This document shows positions 9,123-18,264 of a stretch of DNA of 36,167 nucleotides, one piece after another (the stretch's first letter is position 1; each line of letters begins with the position of its first letter). The position numbers were made by a program, and so were the translations under genes. The DNA lies in IMG/VR virus record IMGVR_UViG_3300030410_000026, positions 1-36,167 of that record; one strand, written 5' to 3'. The notes under the pieces were generated by a model. The model was not told the origin of the DNA. It saw only the letters and a program-made list of their open reading frames with translations, and made no database searches. This DNA is from a virus. Taxonomy: Duplodnaviria > Caudoviricetes.

Positions 9123-10016
9123 TCATTCCTCCAATCCAGTAAAATCAAAATTATTAGAATTAGAAGTTTGGTTAACATTGTTATTTTTATTGTTATAGTT
9201 ACCCTCTATTATTTTTTGAAGGTTGGCGGGTTTGAATATCCAATCAAAACAGCAGCCTTTCCAACTCCCTTCTCTGCCACTTAGAAAATCGCTTTTATTA
9301 ACCACATTAAATAAATTCTGAAAATATCCAATATTAGGGTTGCCTTTCCATCTTGTATTAATTATTTTTTTTCTATTATCTTCAATAGATTTTATCTTAG
9401 GTAACATAATACAAGTTGAATTAAATAAATCTAAAATTTGTTTATATGGTGTTGGTTCTACCGACAAGATATTCTTATTAACATTATTAGAACATTCTTT
9501 ATCATTCTTGTTTATATTGTCGGGTGTTCGTTGCTCCCTTGTTGCTCCCGCAAGGTTTTCGTTGTCGGGTTCGTCGTTGCCCTCGTAATTCTTTAAGTTT
9601 TGGTAAATCTCGTAGTTATCTATGTTGACGAGCAAGCCTTGCGTTGCTCTCGTCGTCGTTATCATTGTTGCTCCCGTGCCACCTTCGTATGAGGTCGCGT
9701 ACGGTTTACGGTAATTATTTCCATTTGGCTCTCTAAGCCACTCTAGCACCTGAAATATTTGGTCTTTGCTTGGTGTTACTTTTCTATATCCTATGTGCCA
9801 TGAACATTTTTCCATAATCTCTGGAATTGAGATTCTTAATTGCCCTCTCTTTAATAATTTGTAATCTTTGTGTTGTGCTTTAGATAATATAAATATCCAA
9901 ACTTTTAAATATAATGGTGGCTTACTCCATATCCCACTTTCTATAATTTTTCTTGATAGAAGGATACAACCACCTGTTATTTTATGATCACACATTGTTT
10001 CACCTTCTAGCCCCAT
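9123..10016 (-). CDS. phage replication initiator (replisome organiser)
   Basis: N-terminal GCILLSRKI...IWSKP; C-terminal FDWIFKPANLQKIIEGNY; directly upstream of the helicase; start may be 9995. Confidence 0.8.
   Translation of the reverse strand: MGLEGETMCDHKITGGCILLSRKIIESGIWSKPPLYLKVWIFILSKAQHKDYKLLKRGQLRISIPEIMEKCSWHIGYRKVTPSKDQIFQVLEWLREPNGNNYRKPYATSYEGGTGATMITTTRATQGLLVNIDNYEIYQNLKNYEGNDEPDNENLAGATREQRTPDNINKNDKECSNNVNKNILSVEPTPYKQILDLFNSTCIMLPKIKSIEDNRKKIINTRWKGNPNIGYFQNLFNVVNKSDFLSGREGSWKGCCFDWIFKPANLQKIIEGNYNNKNNNVNQTSNSNNFDFTGLEE
9517..9676. repeat. iteron-like repeats inside the initiator gene (putative lytic origin)
   Basis: GTTGCTCCCT 9530, GTTGCTCCCG 9541 and 9667, GTTGCCCTCG 9576, GTTGCTCTCG 9643; TTGTCGGGT at 9517 and 9562; GC-rich patch in AT-rich DNA. 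Confidence 0.65.
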
Positions 10017-10019
10017 TTA

Positions 10020-10163
10020 CTATTTGGCTTCCTCCTTACTCACTTCTTTAGCTTTCTTTTCCCAGTATCTAATATCGGCAAGTTTTTTCTCGTCTTTGTG
10101 TGCAAGTCTGTATTTTTTGTTATATTCGTATCTTAAATCTTTTGCTAATTTAGATAGCCCCAT
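10020..10163 (-). CDS. small basic 47-aa protein (MGLSKLAKDLRYEY...RYWEKKAKE)
   Basis: Read by hand; AAGGAGG RBS; TATAAT upstream. Confidence 0.65.
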   Translation of the reverse strand: MGLSKLAKDLRYEYNKKYRLAHKDEKKLADIRYWEKKAKEVSKEEAK

Positions 10164-10529
10164 CTTTCTATCCTCCTTATGTTTTCTACTTTCTTTTATT
10201 ATATGCTTAATTCTAAGAATTACTACTCCTTTTGAGAAATATTTTCTTGTTTTGGGAAATTAGTTTTTACCTCTTTTGAATTTCTTAATCATCATTCTCG
10301 AAGCGCTCTCAAATTTATAATCGTTAGCTGCTTTCGATGTACTCCTTATGGATTCTTCTTTGAGCCGTTTTATACGTTTTCTTTTTTCGAGCATTTCATA
10401 AGTAAAAATTGCCTTTTCGTGGTTATCCATTTTGATACCTCTTTTCTTTGTTTTGAGGAACTTTACTACATGGTAATATGATTGTGCCTATTTTATATAA
10501 AAGTGTCTGTATGGTACTTTAAACTTGCT

Positions 10530-10558
10530 AAAAAGGAAGGGTAGATACTAACTACCCT
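10530..10558 (-). terminator. intrinsic terminator after the recombination operon
   Basis: GGGTAG/CTACCC stem followed by a pyrimidine/T run on the minus strand. Confidence 0.5.
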
Positions 10559-10564
10559 ATTAAA

Positions 10565-10768
10565 TTATTTTTTCACTCCACAATGAGAGCAATAAGACTC
10601 TTGAACCGTAAATTTAATAACTTTTTCAGCAATATTGCCAGTTTTTGCAATATGTTTATAATGCCCCTCCCATTCACCACTTAAATCATGGAAATAATCT
10701 ATTTTCTTGCCCTCTTTTTCATAATGTTTTCTTAGCTCGTCTTTGATTCGTTCTATGCAATCACACAT
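10565..10768 (-). CDS. small Cys-containing protein
   Basis: MCDC...YCSHCG. Confidence 0.65.
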   Translation of the reverse strand: MCDCIERIKDELRKHYEKEGKKIDYFHDLSGEWEGHYKHIAKTGNIAEKVIKFTVQESYCSHCGVKK

Positions 10769-11655
10769 TATTTTTTACCTTCTTTAACTTCAAACGGTGT
10801 GCCTGCGAACTCGTCTTTGGCTTCCGGTTCTTCTTTCATTTCTTCAAAATCTACATCATTTGCTCCGTTGTCTACATAATCAACGCTGTTAGAATCAAAA
10901 TCTTTGTCCATAATATTATCTTTAATAACTGCTTGATCTGCTTCGATTGCCCTCTGCATTTCAATAGATAACATTCCATATTTGCTAAGCAGAAGTTTAA
11001 GAACTGTCTTAGTTGCCATTGCGTCAAAATCTGTGGTCCACTTACTAGACTTTACTACCCATTCTTTGTTACTCTTGTAAGTTTGCGAATATTTTTTAGC
11101 GTGTTTTTCTAATTGCTCAATAGTCATATATAAAGATTTTTCGTAACCGTTTAATAGCCTAAAATAAGCTATATAACCAATAACTTTATCTGATGCAACT
11201 TCCTCGTTATTTAGTTCTACTTCTCCGGTTAACCTATTTACGTGCTTAATTTCTCCTTCGTATACCTCTGTAGCATTAATTGTTTTGTATTGCCCTGTTC
11301 TCATAGCTAACTGGACGAATCCGCGCCATCCCACGATCATTTGTGCCTTCTTTACAAACTTATCTCCAATCTTAGTATTAAAAGGGACTAAGTACGCATA
11401 CCCCAAATTAGGATCTATCGGTAAATCTAAAGTAGCTGCAACTACTGCGCTGGAAATAATAGACTGTGGTTCAACTCCTGCTAAGGCTTGGTTATTGCTA
11501 ACATTAATTATCGAAGCCATAAACCCTACAGCTTTTTTACCTAGTATCTCATCAAATCTTTTTTTATAATTAATGTCATTAAGCAGCCCTTTTACTGTTG
11601 CTATTTGTTTTTGATTCGTTACTTTTTCTATTGCTCCTGTTCCATTTACATTCAT
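10768..11655 (-). CDS. recT: RecT family ssDNA-annealing recombinase
   Basis: AATLDLPIDPNLGYAYLVPF, GWRGFVQLAMRTGQY, HAKKYS, FDAMATKTVLK. Confidence 0.92.
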   Translation of the reverse strand: MNVNGTGAIEKVTNQKQIATVKGLLNDINYKKRFDEILGKKAVGFMASIINVSNNQALAGVEPQSIISSAVVAATLDLPIDPNLGYAYLVPFNTKIGDKFVKKAQMIVGWRGFVQLAMRTGQYKTINATEVYEGEIKHVNRLTGEVELNNEEVASDKVIGYIAYFRLLNGYEKSLYMTIEQLEKHAKKYSQTYKSNKEWVVKSSKWTTDFDAMATKTVLKLLLSKYGMLSIEMQRAIEADQAVIKDNIMDKDFDSNSVDYVDNGANDVDFEEMKEEPEAKDEFAGTPFEVKEGKK

Positions 11656-11658
11656 AGT

Positions 11659-12234
11659 TTATACTCCTTTTTCATATTTATTTTTTAATGTTTTACGTGA
11701 ATCTCTAAGTAGACTGCTAATATAACTCTGGCTCATTTCTAATTCTTCGCCTACTTCATATTGATTTTTCTCTCCGAAGTAAAATAGATTCAAAGCTTTT
11801 TTCTGGGTAGGTTTAAGATTGCTAATAATTGTCTTTAATTCTTTAATTGTGATATCATCTATAGACGTTTCTGCATAATCTTTTTCGTCACTTAAAGCAT
11901 CTTCTTGTTTTACAGAATGTCCATCGTTATTTATCCAGATGATATCTTCAAGACTTCTTTCGTTTTTAATCTTCTTTACTTTTCTCAAATACATTAGAAT
12001 TTCATTGTTGATTACAGTTGCGAGGAAGGTCATAAAAAAGTTACCAGTTTCAATTTTGTATGAATTAAAGGCTTTTACTAAACCAACGTTTGCAGATTGT
12101 ACTAATTCATCTATATCTTCACCAGTTTTTAAAAATCCCCAGGCAGTTTTAAAAATATACTTTTTAAATTGCTCATAAACTTCGTTACAATCCATTTCTC
12201 TTATTTCATCTTTCATTTTTATTAACTTTCTCAT
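11659..12234 (-). CDS. sigma-70 family sporulation-type sigma factor (sigE/sigK-like)
   Basis: DELVQSANVGLVKAFNSY, NNEILMYLRK (region 2.4 like SigE/SigK), QYEVGEELEMSQSYIS (region 4.2); start after GGGAGG. Confidence 0.85.
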   Translation of the reverse strand: MRKLIKMKDEIREMDCNEVYEQFKKYIFKTAWGFLKTGEDIDELVQSANVGLVKAFNSYKIETGNFFMTFLATVINNEILMYLRKVKKIKNERSLEDIIWINNDGHSVKQEDALSDEKDYAETSIDDITIKELKTIISNLKPTQKKALNLFYFGEKNQYEVGEELEMSQSYISSLLRDSRKTLKNKYEKGV

Positions 12235-12253
12235 GCTTTCCCTCCCTGTAGAA

Positions 12254-12520
12254 TTACTCTTCTGGCATTTCATAAACTAAGTAGTCTGCATCAAGTCTCT
12301 TAATATTCGTTACAAGGGTAGGCGCTGCTTTTAATAGTTCAATATTTTTTATCCTATCTTGAATTTCGTTTAATACTTCGGTTGCTCTTTCGCTATTTGG
12401 ATAGACACCCAACACTATAAAATCATCACCAGCAAATGTATAAATACCGCATCTGTCTGCTTGAACCCTATTGCAATTAATTAATTCTGTCTTATCTTGG
12501 CTTCTGATCCATATTCTCAT
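12254..12520 (-). CDS. hypothetical phage protein
   Basis: MRIWIRSQDK...LGVYPNSERATEVLNEI...YEMPEE, a recurrent Firmicutes phage family as I recall it. Confidence 0.7.
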   Translation of the reverse strand: MRIWIRSQDKTELINCNRVQADRCGIYTFAGDDFIVLGVYPNSERATEVLNEIQDRIKNIELLKAAPTLVTNIKRLDADYLVYEMPEE

Positions 12521-12521
12521 T

Positions 12522-12812
12522 TTATTTTCCCTCGCTTTCTTTTAATTTGAAGTAATCTTTCCAAAAATCTTCTTTCTTTTTTCTTATCCATCTGTCCTCT
12601 TCATAATCCTTAATTTTTGCTAATACTTCTTTACCACATTCATTGCAATATGCCTGATTTAAAATAGGGATTAAAATAATGTCGTTATACCCTATTAAAT
12701 CTTTGAGACATTTATCACAAATTGGAAAACCGTTATCTGAATACTTAATTAGGTCCATAAAGTTAATTTTTAGAAAGCCTATGCCAATTTTATTTCTATA
12801 AAACTTAGCCAT
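12522..12812 (-). CDS. Zn-finger-like protein
   Basis: CDKC...CNEC. Confidence 0.7.
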   Translation of the reverse strand: MAKFYRNKIGIGFLKINFMDLIKYSDNGFPICDKCLKDLIGYNDIILIPILNQAYCNECGKEVLAKIKDYEEDRWIRKKKEDFWKDYFKLKESEGK

Positions 12813-12962
12813 TTATTTTCCCTCGCTTTCTTTCATAAATTTAAACATTCCCTCTGCGTGATAGTCAGAAAGTATTTGTTTCCTTATAAATTCAGTTTTC
12901 TTGTAATAATTTGGGAAGTCTGATAAAATCAATGCCTTGACTGTTGCTTTATTCGTTATCAT
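12813..12962 (-). CDS. hypothetical 49-aa protein
   Basis: Read by hand (MITNKATV...KESEGK); ATGA overlap. Confidence 0.6.
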   Translation of the reverse strand: MITNKATVKALILSDFPNYYKKTEFIRKQILSDYHAEGMFKFMKESEGK

Positions 12963-13138
12963 TCTTCTACCTCAAATTCTTCTAAGTAGTTCTCATAAGC
13001 CTTATCGCAACAACAACCTTCACACATTATTGGTTCTCCCCCGTAACAGTGCACCCCTCTGCCCTCTTCGGGTATTGGACAATATTCACATAATTCTTCT
13101 GAATCAATTTCCTTAAATGTTTTTGCTTTATTTGTCAT
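12959..13138 (-). CDS. small Cys-rich protein
   Basis: CEYC...HC...CEGCCC; start MTNK at ATGA overlap. Confidence 0.65.
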   Translation of the reverse strand: MTNKAKTFKEIDSEELCEYCPIPEEGRGVHCYGGEPIMCEGCCCDKAYENYLEEFEVEE

Positions 13139-13470
13139 TCTTCTACTAGCCATTTGCCGTTTAGAATTGTCTTAGCATCATCATCGTGATAACCATACAA
13201 AGCTTCCAATACTTCCGTTAGAAAATAATAGTGGCTCCATGTATCAGGTTTAAATCTCTTACCGCTATTAACCGCTTCCATAAAGCTTACAGGCTTTTGG
13301 ACTAATTCCCACACATCTTCTAAATAAAAACGTCTTGCGAATCCACTTGAACCTATGATTAATAAAGAATCATTATTTGTAACGGCTAATTTACAATCTT
13401 TACCTTTAAATCTTAACTTTCTGTTTTCTTCAAGCATTTTCATAACTTCTGAATTTTTATATGTTTTCAT
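13135..13470 (-). CDS. hypothetical phage protein
   Basis: 111 aa; WELVQKPVSFMEAVNSGKR. Confidence 0.7.
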   Translation of the reverse strand: MKTYKNSEVMKMLEENRKLRFKGKDCKLAVTNNDSLLIIGSSGFARRFYLEDVWELVQKPVSFMEAVNSGKRFKPDTWSHYYFLTEVLEALYGYHDDDAKTILNGKWLVEE

Positions 13471-13490
13471 TTTTATTACCCCTCTCTTTT

Positions 13491-14423
13491 TTAATAAACC
13501 CTCATTTGTCTGGAACTGCTCTCTTTGACCGTGAAAGATTTCTTATGAATAGTTTTCCAGGTTACTTTATGTTCTCCGATAGTGCCTACCTCTGCTGTTC
13601 CCATTCGTACCATAAATTTTTGTTTTATCATATCTACTTTTGTTTTTATTTCTTTTTCGTCGGCTGTTAAGTTTTTATACTCGGTGTAATCTGCTTCAAG
13701 TTCCGACATATCGACGGTATTCCCTGCTGTTTCTTCTGGATATCGAAAGGAGAGAGCCTCCGTATCTGCTGCTATCCCAATTACAAGTGGCTCAACTTCT
13801 TTTAAAACATTATTTTCCCAAAAATCCTTTGCTTTGGTTACTAAAACTCGTATAAATTCCTCATTTCGTGGAACAAATTCCCATGCTAAAGTCTTGCCAA
13901 TTAAATAAGCGAGTAATGTATATTGAAGTCCTGAAACATACATATAAAATTGAACTTGTGCATAATAAGAATCTGGTATATTGTCGTCTACCCATTCTTT
14001 TCTCATCATTTCACTTGCTGTTTTTATTTCTAGTATTCCTACGCCTTTACCTTTTAAAGTAACGATACCGTCAATATTAGCAAGGCAGCACGGCGTTTCT
14101 ATTGACCTCATCATGTACGGGTATTCTTCTACTATTATTTCTTCTTTAGTTCTTATAGCATACTCTGTACTTAGCCATTCACGTATTACAGGTTCTAATC
14201 TCTTGCCGTATTCTGTGTGAATATTACCCTCAAATGGTTTCCCTTCCCCTATTTTATCTAAGTAGAGCGATAAAGGAGATTTATATTTGTTTAATCCAAG
14301 GAGTGCGCCTACTTCACTACCTCCGATTCCTAAAGTACGATTTTTCTTCCATTGTTCTTCGGTTATTTCTTTCGTGCTAGCTGTTATGACATATTTACCT
14401 GATAACATTTTTATTTCATCCAT
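13491..14423 (-). CDS. YqaJ-type (lambda Exo-like) exonuclease
   Basis: RTLGIGGSEVG, ANIDG, LEIKTA, YYAQVQFYM; likely partner of RecT. Confidence 0.92.
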   Translation of the reverse strand: MDEIKMLSGKYVITASTKEITEEQWKKNRTLGIGGSEVGALLGLNKYKSPLSLYLDKIGEGKPFEGNIHTEYGKRLEPVIREWLSTEYAIRTKEEIIVEEYPYMMRSIETPCCLANIDGIVTLKGKGVGILEIKTASEMMRKEWVDDNIPDSYYAQVQFYMYVSGLQYTLLAYLIGKTLAWEFVPRNEEFIRVLVTKAKDFWENNVLKEVEPLVIGIAADTEALSFRYPEETAGNTVDMSELEADYTEYKNLTADEKEIKTKVDMIKQKFMVRMGTAEVGTIGEHKVTWKTIHKKSFTVKESSSRQMRVY

Positions 14424-14426
14424 GGG

Positions 14427-16115
14427 CTATCCTCGCTTTTCTATGGTTATTTTATTATTTTCTGTATTAGATACAATTGTTATAAAATATTGATACTGAT
14501 CTTCTGACATTTCCTTTTCAAGTATTTTTTGTGATTCTCCATCTAGACATTCGTACTTATCGATGCACAAAATTTTGAGCTCCCCGCATTGTGCCTTTGC
14601 AATTTTCATAGCCAGAGTTAATTTTTCGCCGTCAGAAAGTCCATCTATTAAGGTGTCGTTAATTCTTATCATACCTTTTTCATCTACGCTAATACCTTCT
14701 ACTGGCATTTTAGCAGTCTTTAATAATTCGCTTGGTAATGTTCTTGCCTTATCAACTCTTGCCGTTAGGACCCCTGCCTCTATTTCTTTATTGGAGAGCT
14801 TGTTATCTCTAATGTCAATCATATTGTCCCATTGTCTTAGATAACTCTGCATACTTGCTACTTCATCAGCTTCTACTTGCAGAGGCTCTGTGTCGGTAGT
14901 TTCTGCAACTTTTAAATATTCTATAGCTTTTCCTAGTCTTAAATTAGCTTTTTCAATTTCTACTGCTTTTTTAGTTTCTACTGCTTTTATAGCTTGGCTT
15001 TCAATTTCATCGAGTGAAATCAATTCTTGTTGCTTTGTGGCTATTTTAGTTTCTTGGAGTTGAATAGTGTCTTTTTCAGTTTCCTTTGATTCTGATATTA
15101 CTAATTTTATTTGCTCATCCCTAGCTTCGAGTTCAATTTTTAAATCCTTTCTTTTCTTGTCAAATTCTTTTTCTAGTTCATTTAAGGATTGCTGGTAACT
15201 TGCATAGCTCCTACTGATATTGTTTTCTTGCTTAACATCAAAACCTGTTAGTGCTGACTTTGATTTTTCAATTTTAGATTTGCTTAAATCAACTATGTCT
15301 TTAATGTCTTGCCTTTGGTCTTTGTATTTCATTTGCGTTCTGGATTTTTCACTTTCTGCATTTGCTTCGATGGTGTCAACTTGGCTTTTAATGTTTTCCT
15401 TAAGCGACTTAGCCTCTTTAATATATCCGTTAATCTTTTGAGCCTCGCTTACTTTGTTGTAATATTCTTGTACTTTCTTATCTCTCCAAATTTCTCCATC
15501 ATAATCAACTGGCATATCCTTTTTAATCACTTGTATCTGCGTTTTAAGCTCTCTAATCCTTCTGTTGACTTCTTCTCTGTCTTTGTAATATTTAAGCTCT
15601 ATAGCCTTTAAAACCATTAGAATATGTTGGTTGAAATCTATGTCGGATGTGAGTTCCCCGAACCAATTAACTATGTTGTCTTTACTCCATTCAATTTGTA
15701 ACATATTTAAAATCGACTTTGTTTGTTCCTGAACTGATGAATTTACCCAATCGACAGGTCTAAAAATATCTCCGTTTATAAAGTCTTTTAAATACTTTTC
15801 TGTTGAAGAAATCCCCTCTTCCCCTTTTCTTAATTTAAAGTAGGAAGCTTTATCGCTTCTTATCCTTCTATCTATTTCTAAGCCCTCATCGGTTTCCAAA
15901 AACAACGTAGCTTCGGTTTCGCCATGCTTTATAGTTTCTATCCTCCGGTCTTTGTTGGTGAATAGCTTTTCGATTCCTTCTAGGATTGTACTTTTGCCTA
16001 TTCCTTTAGGACCTTTTATAATGTTGATCTTCCCTGGTTCGAGTTCTAACTCATTTACACCGATATAATTTTTAATACGTATTAATTTAATTTGCAATTG
16101 TTTTTCCCCCTTCAT
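14427..16115 (-). CDS. SMC/Rad50-like coiled-coil ATPase
   Basis: Walker A GPKGIGKST, long coiled coil, LSDGEK signature, LCIDKYE Walker B. Confidence 0.85.
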   Translation of the reverse strand: MKGEKQLQIKLIRIKNYIGVNELELEPGKINIIKGPKGIGKSTILEGIEKLFTNKDRRIETIKHGETEATLFLETDEGLEIDRRIRSDKASYFKLRKGEEGISSTEKYLKDFINGDIFRPVDWVNSSVQEQTKSILNMLQIEWSKDNIVNWFGELTSDIDFNQHILMVLKAIELKYYKDREEVNRRIRELKTQIQVIKKDMPVDYDGEIWRDKKVQEYYNKVSEAQKINGYIKEAKSLKENIKSQVDTIEANAESEKSRTQMKYKDQRQDIKDIVDLSKSKIEKSKSALTGFDVKQENNISRSYASYQQSLNELEKEFDKKRKDLKIELEARDEQIKLVISESKETEKDTIQLQETKIATKQQELISLDEIESQAIKAVETKKAVEIEKANLRLGKAIEYLKVAETTDTEPLQVEADEVASMQSYLRQWDNMIDIRDNKLSNKEIEAGVLTARVDKARTLPSELLKTAKMPVEGISVDEKGMIRINDTLIDGLSDGEKLTLAMKIAKAQCGELKILCIDKYECLDGESQKILEKEMSEDQYQYFITIVSNTENNKITIEKRG

Positions 16116-16317
16116 ATTTTCCTTCTATTTCAAAATTTTGTAGTAGGTCTCCTACTTGTAGTTTTTCTTGATGAAATACAAAAACATTTAAATATAAAAA
16201 ACCATCATCGCCCATAACGCAGCCACACTTGAAACATTCTTTTAATAATTGATTTGCTAACCTGATAACCTTTTCTTGTGAAGTTTCTTTAACTTTCAAA
16301 ATCCTTTGTTTTTTCAA
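16087..16317 (-). CDS. hypothetical protein
   Basis: TTG start after GGGGAGGG; shorter than the track ORF. Confidence 0.5.
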   Translation of the reverse strand: MKKQRILKVKETSQEKVIRLANQLLKECFKCGCVMGDDGFLYLNVFVFHQEKLQVGDLLQNFEIEGKYEGGKTIAN

Positions 16318-16495
16318 CTTTACCCTCCCCTTTCTTGCTCGGCGTATTTGCCATTTCCCACGTGTTAATATCATCTTTCATGTCTAAGAATGTTGAGTTC
16401 ACTTTCCGATCGTAAATTACGTCTTGAATTGCCTTATACCATAGTCCCGCATTATTCTCACTTTCAAATATTATTACCTTGCCTGTAAGTTCCAT
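16289..16495 (-). CDS. hypothetical protein
   Basis: 68 aa, GGGAGG RBS. Confidence 0.6.
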   Translation of the reverse strand: MELTGKVIIFESENNAGLWYKAIQDVIYDRKVNSTFLDMKDDINTWEMANTPSKKGEGKVEKTKDFES

Positions 16496-16543
16496 TAAAA
16501 CAACCCTCCCCTTTTTTAATGTAGATTATTATTGTAATGTTCA

Positions 16544-16915
16544 TTAACCTTTAATAGCTTCAAGTGATAAATCAACAGCCCATTTATTACCACAATTATC
16601 ACATTCTAAGTTTAATTTTTGTTTAGTATCATCAAATTCGTATTCACTATGATTACATTTTTTACACTTAGGGCAATCTAACAAGTCTGTATTTTGTAAA
16701 TCATCATCTAAATTACTTAATTCTGTTTCTGTTTTGTCAGTATACAAATCCATGAATACAAGGCATCTTTCGTCTAAATAATAATTATCAAAATCTCCCT
16801 CGTATGTTCCAACTTCATTGTTGCAACTACTACCAATTGGAATAATCCCACCACAATATGCACATCTGTGTAATTTCCTAGTTTTCTTTATCTTTTTACT
16901 TTCCCAAAAACTCAT
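16544..16915 (-). CDS. Zn-finger protein between two dif-like sites
   Basis: KTRKLHRCAYCG, CPKC, CDNC. Confidence 0.75.
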   Translation of the reverse strand: MSFWESKKIKKTRKLHRCAYCGGIIPIGSSCNNEVGTYEGDFDNYYLDERCLVFMDLYTDKTETELSNLDDDLQNTDLLDCPKCKKCNHSEYEFDDTKQKLNLECDNCGNKWAVDLSLEAIKG

Positions 16916-16956
16916 AATCTTATTATCTCCTTTCGCATTATATTCAAAATATGTCT

Positions 16957-17154
16957 TTACTCCCCCTTTATAATTACATCTGTAGTCACATTAAAAAACT
17001 CTGATAACTTTAAAATCTCTTTCATTGTAAATTGTGATTTTCCATTTTCTTTATTTACGTAACACGTTGTTGTAATACCTAATATTTTCGCTACATCTTT
17101 TTGTAATAATTCTCGCTTTGCTCTTAATACTTTTAAACTAAATACTTTTCCCAA
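16957..17154 (-). CDS. Cro-like XRE HTH regulator
   Basis: 65-aa HTH, divergent from the repressor, first gene of the lytic operon. Confidence 0.85.
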   Translation of the reverse strand: MGKVFSLKVLRAKRELLQKDVAKILGITTTCYVNKENGKSQFTMKEILKLSEFFNVTTDVIIKGE

Positions 17155-17200
17155 ATTGTAGCCCTCCTTCTCTTAAATTGAAATATTTCTTTATACTTAT

Positions 17201-17229
17201 ATTTTATTCCTCAAAGTGAGGAATTGCAA
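17201..17229 (-). promoter_or_regulatory. lytic sigma-A promoter with a palindromic operator in its spacer
   Basis: Minus strand TTGCAA-17 nt-TAAAAT; inverted repeat ATTCCTCA-aag-TGAGGAAT at 17206-17224. Confidence 0.75.
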
Positions 17230-17373
17230 GCATTTTATTAAATATTATTGAAAATAATTCTTTTATAATTTATCTCATATAATAAATATTTGTTCCCAAA
17301 TCGTGAAATGTAGTATATGATAAAAGAAATATATGTATATATTAAATATACAATTAAAAATGGAGGAATTAAT

Positions 17374-17739
17374 ATGGATGTTGGGAAAAAATTAAGACTA
17401 ATGAGATATAAAAGAGAATTAACTCTTAAGGATGTAGAAAAAATGTTTGCTGCTGTCAATATTAAGGTACCGTATAATACTTTAAGCGCGTATGAGACAA
17501 ATATACGTGAGCCTTCTTTTGATAAACTTGGGATGTTTGCAAAGTTTTACAATGTCCCGGTTGGTTATTTTTTCGGGGATAAAATAAGTAAAAAATCTAT
17601 AACAGATGAATTATTAGATAGACTTATAGACGATAATATTATTACTTCCTCAAATAAAATAAGTGAAGAAATATCTGATGTAATTTTAAATACAGCTAAA
17701 GCAGATTTACAATTAAGACTTATGAGGGCAGAAAACTAA
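17374..17739 (+). CDS. CI-like XRE repressor (no S24 peptidase domain visible)
   Basis: GGAGG RBS; LRLMRYKRELTLKDV...LSAYETNIREPSFDKL. Confidence 0.85.
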   Translation: MDVGKKLRLMRYKRELTLKDVEKMFAAVNIKVPYNTLSAYETNIREPSFDKLGMFAKFYNVPVGYFFGDKISKKSITDELLDRLIDDNIITSSNKISEEISDVILNTAKADLQLRLMRAEN

Positions 17740-18071
17740 ATCTCTGCTCTTTTCTTTTTATTAGCTACCCATAATGAATCGTTTTCTCTAACAAGTTCTT
17801 CAATTCTTTTATGCAGTGCTTTTTCTCTTTCGATTGAGCCTTCCATATTTTTTATAATAACCTGGGTATAGCAATCTTGCACAATACGGCTTAAATGTTC
17901 TTCTTCTGGAATATCCTCTACAAATTCAAGTAGGTCAGTAAGAGCACTTTTAAATGTTTCACGATTCTTTAAACTAGAATTTTCAGGCTTAAGTATTATT
18001 TTAAGACATTTAATTTCCCTCGTGTAGTTGTCTATTAACCCTGTAATGTACCCTATCAATTCTTTTTTCAA
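17736..18071 (-). CDS. hypothetical protein, convergent with the repressor
   Basis: 111 aa, AAGGGGA RBS, C-terminal coiled coil. Confidence 0.6.
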   Translation of the reverse strand: MKKELIGYITGLIDNYTREIKCLKIILKPENSSLKNRETFKSALTDLLEFVEDIPEEEHLSRIVQDCYTQVIIKNMEGSIEREKALHKRIEELVRENDSLWVANKKKRAEI

Positions 18072-18264
18072 TTTTTAATCCCCCTTTTTTATTTCCTGTA
18101 TTTTTAATATAATTACACAATACATGAAATAATTACTAAATGCAATAGTTTTTAAGTAACTTTGGTAATATTTTTTTATTATTATGCATAGACTTAAAAA
18201 GTAGAGAATGGTATCATGGAATAATGCTAAGAATAAGAAAAAAGTGTAATAAGGAGAATTAACC

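Noticed and set aside
147-15611. The plus-strand ORFs of the track in this span (and at 20288-34342)
   Set aside because: They are antisense shadows of well-supported minus-strand genes, with no recognisable motifs.
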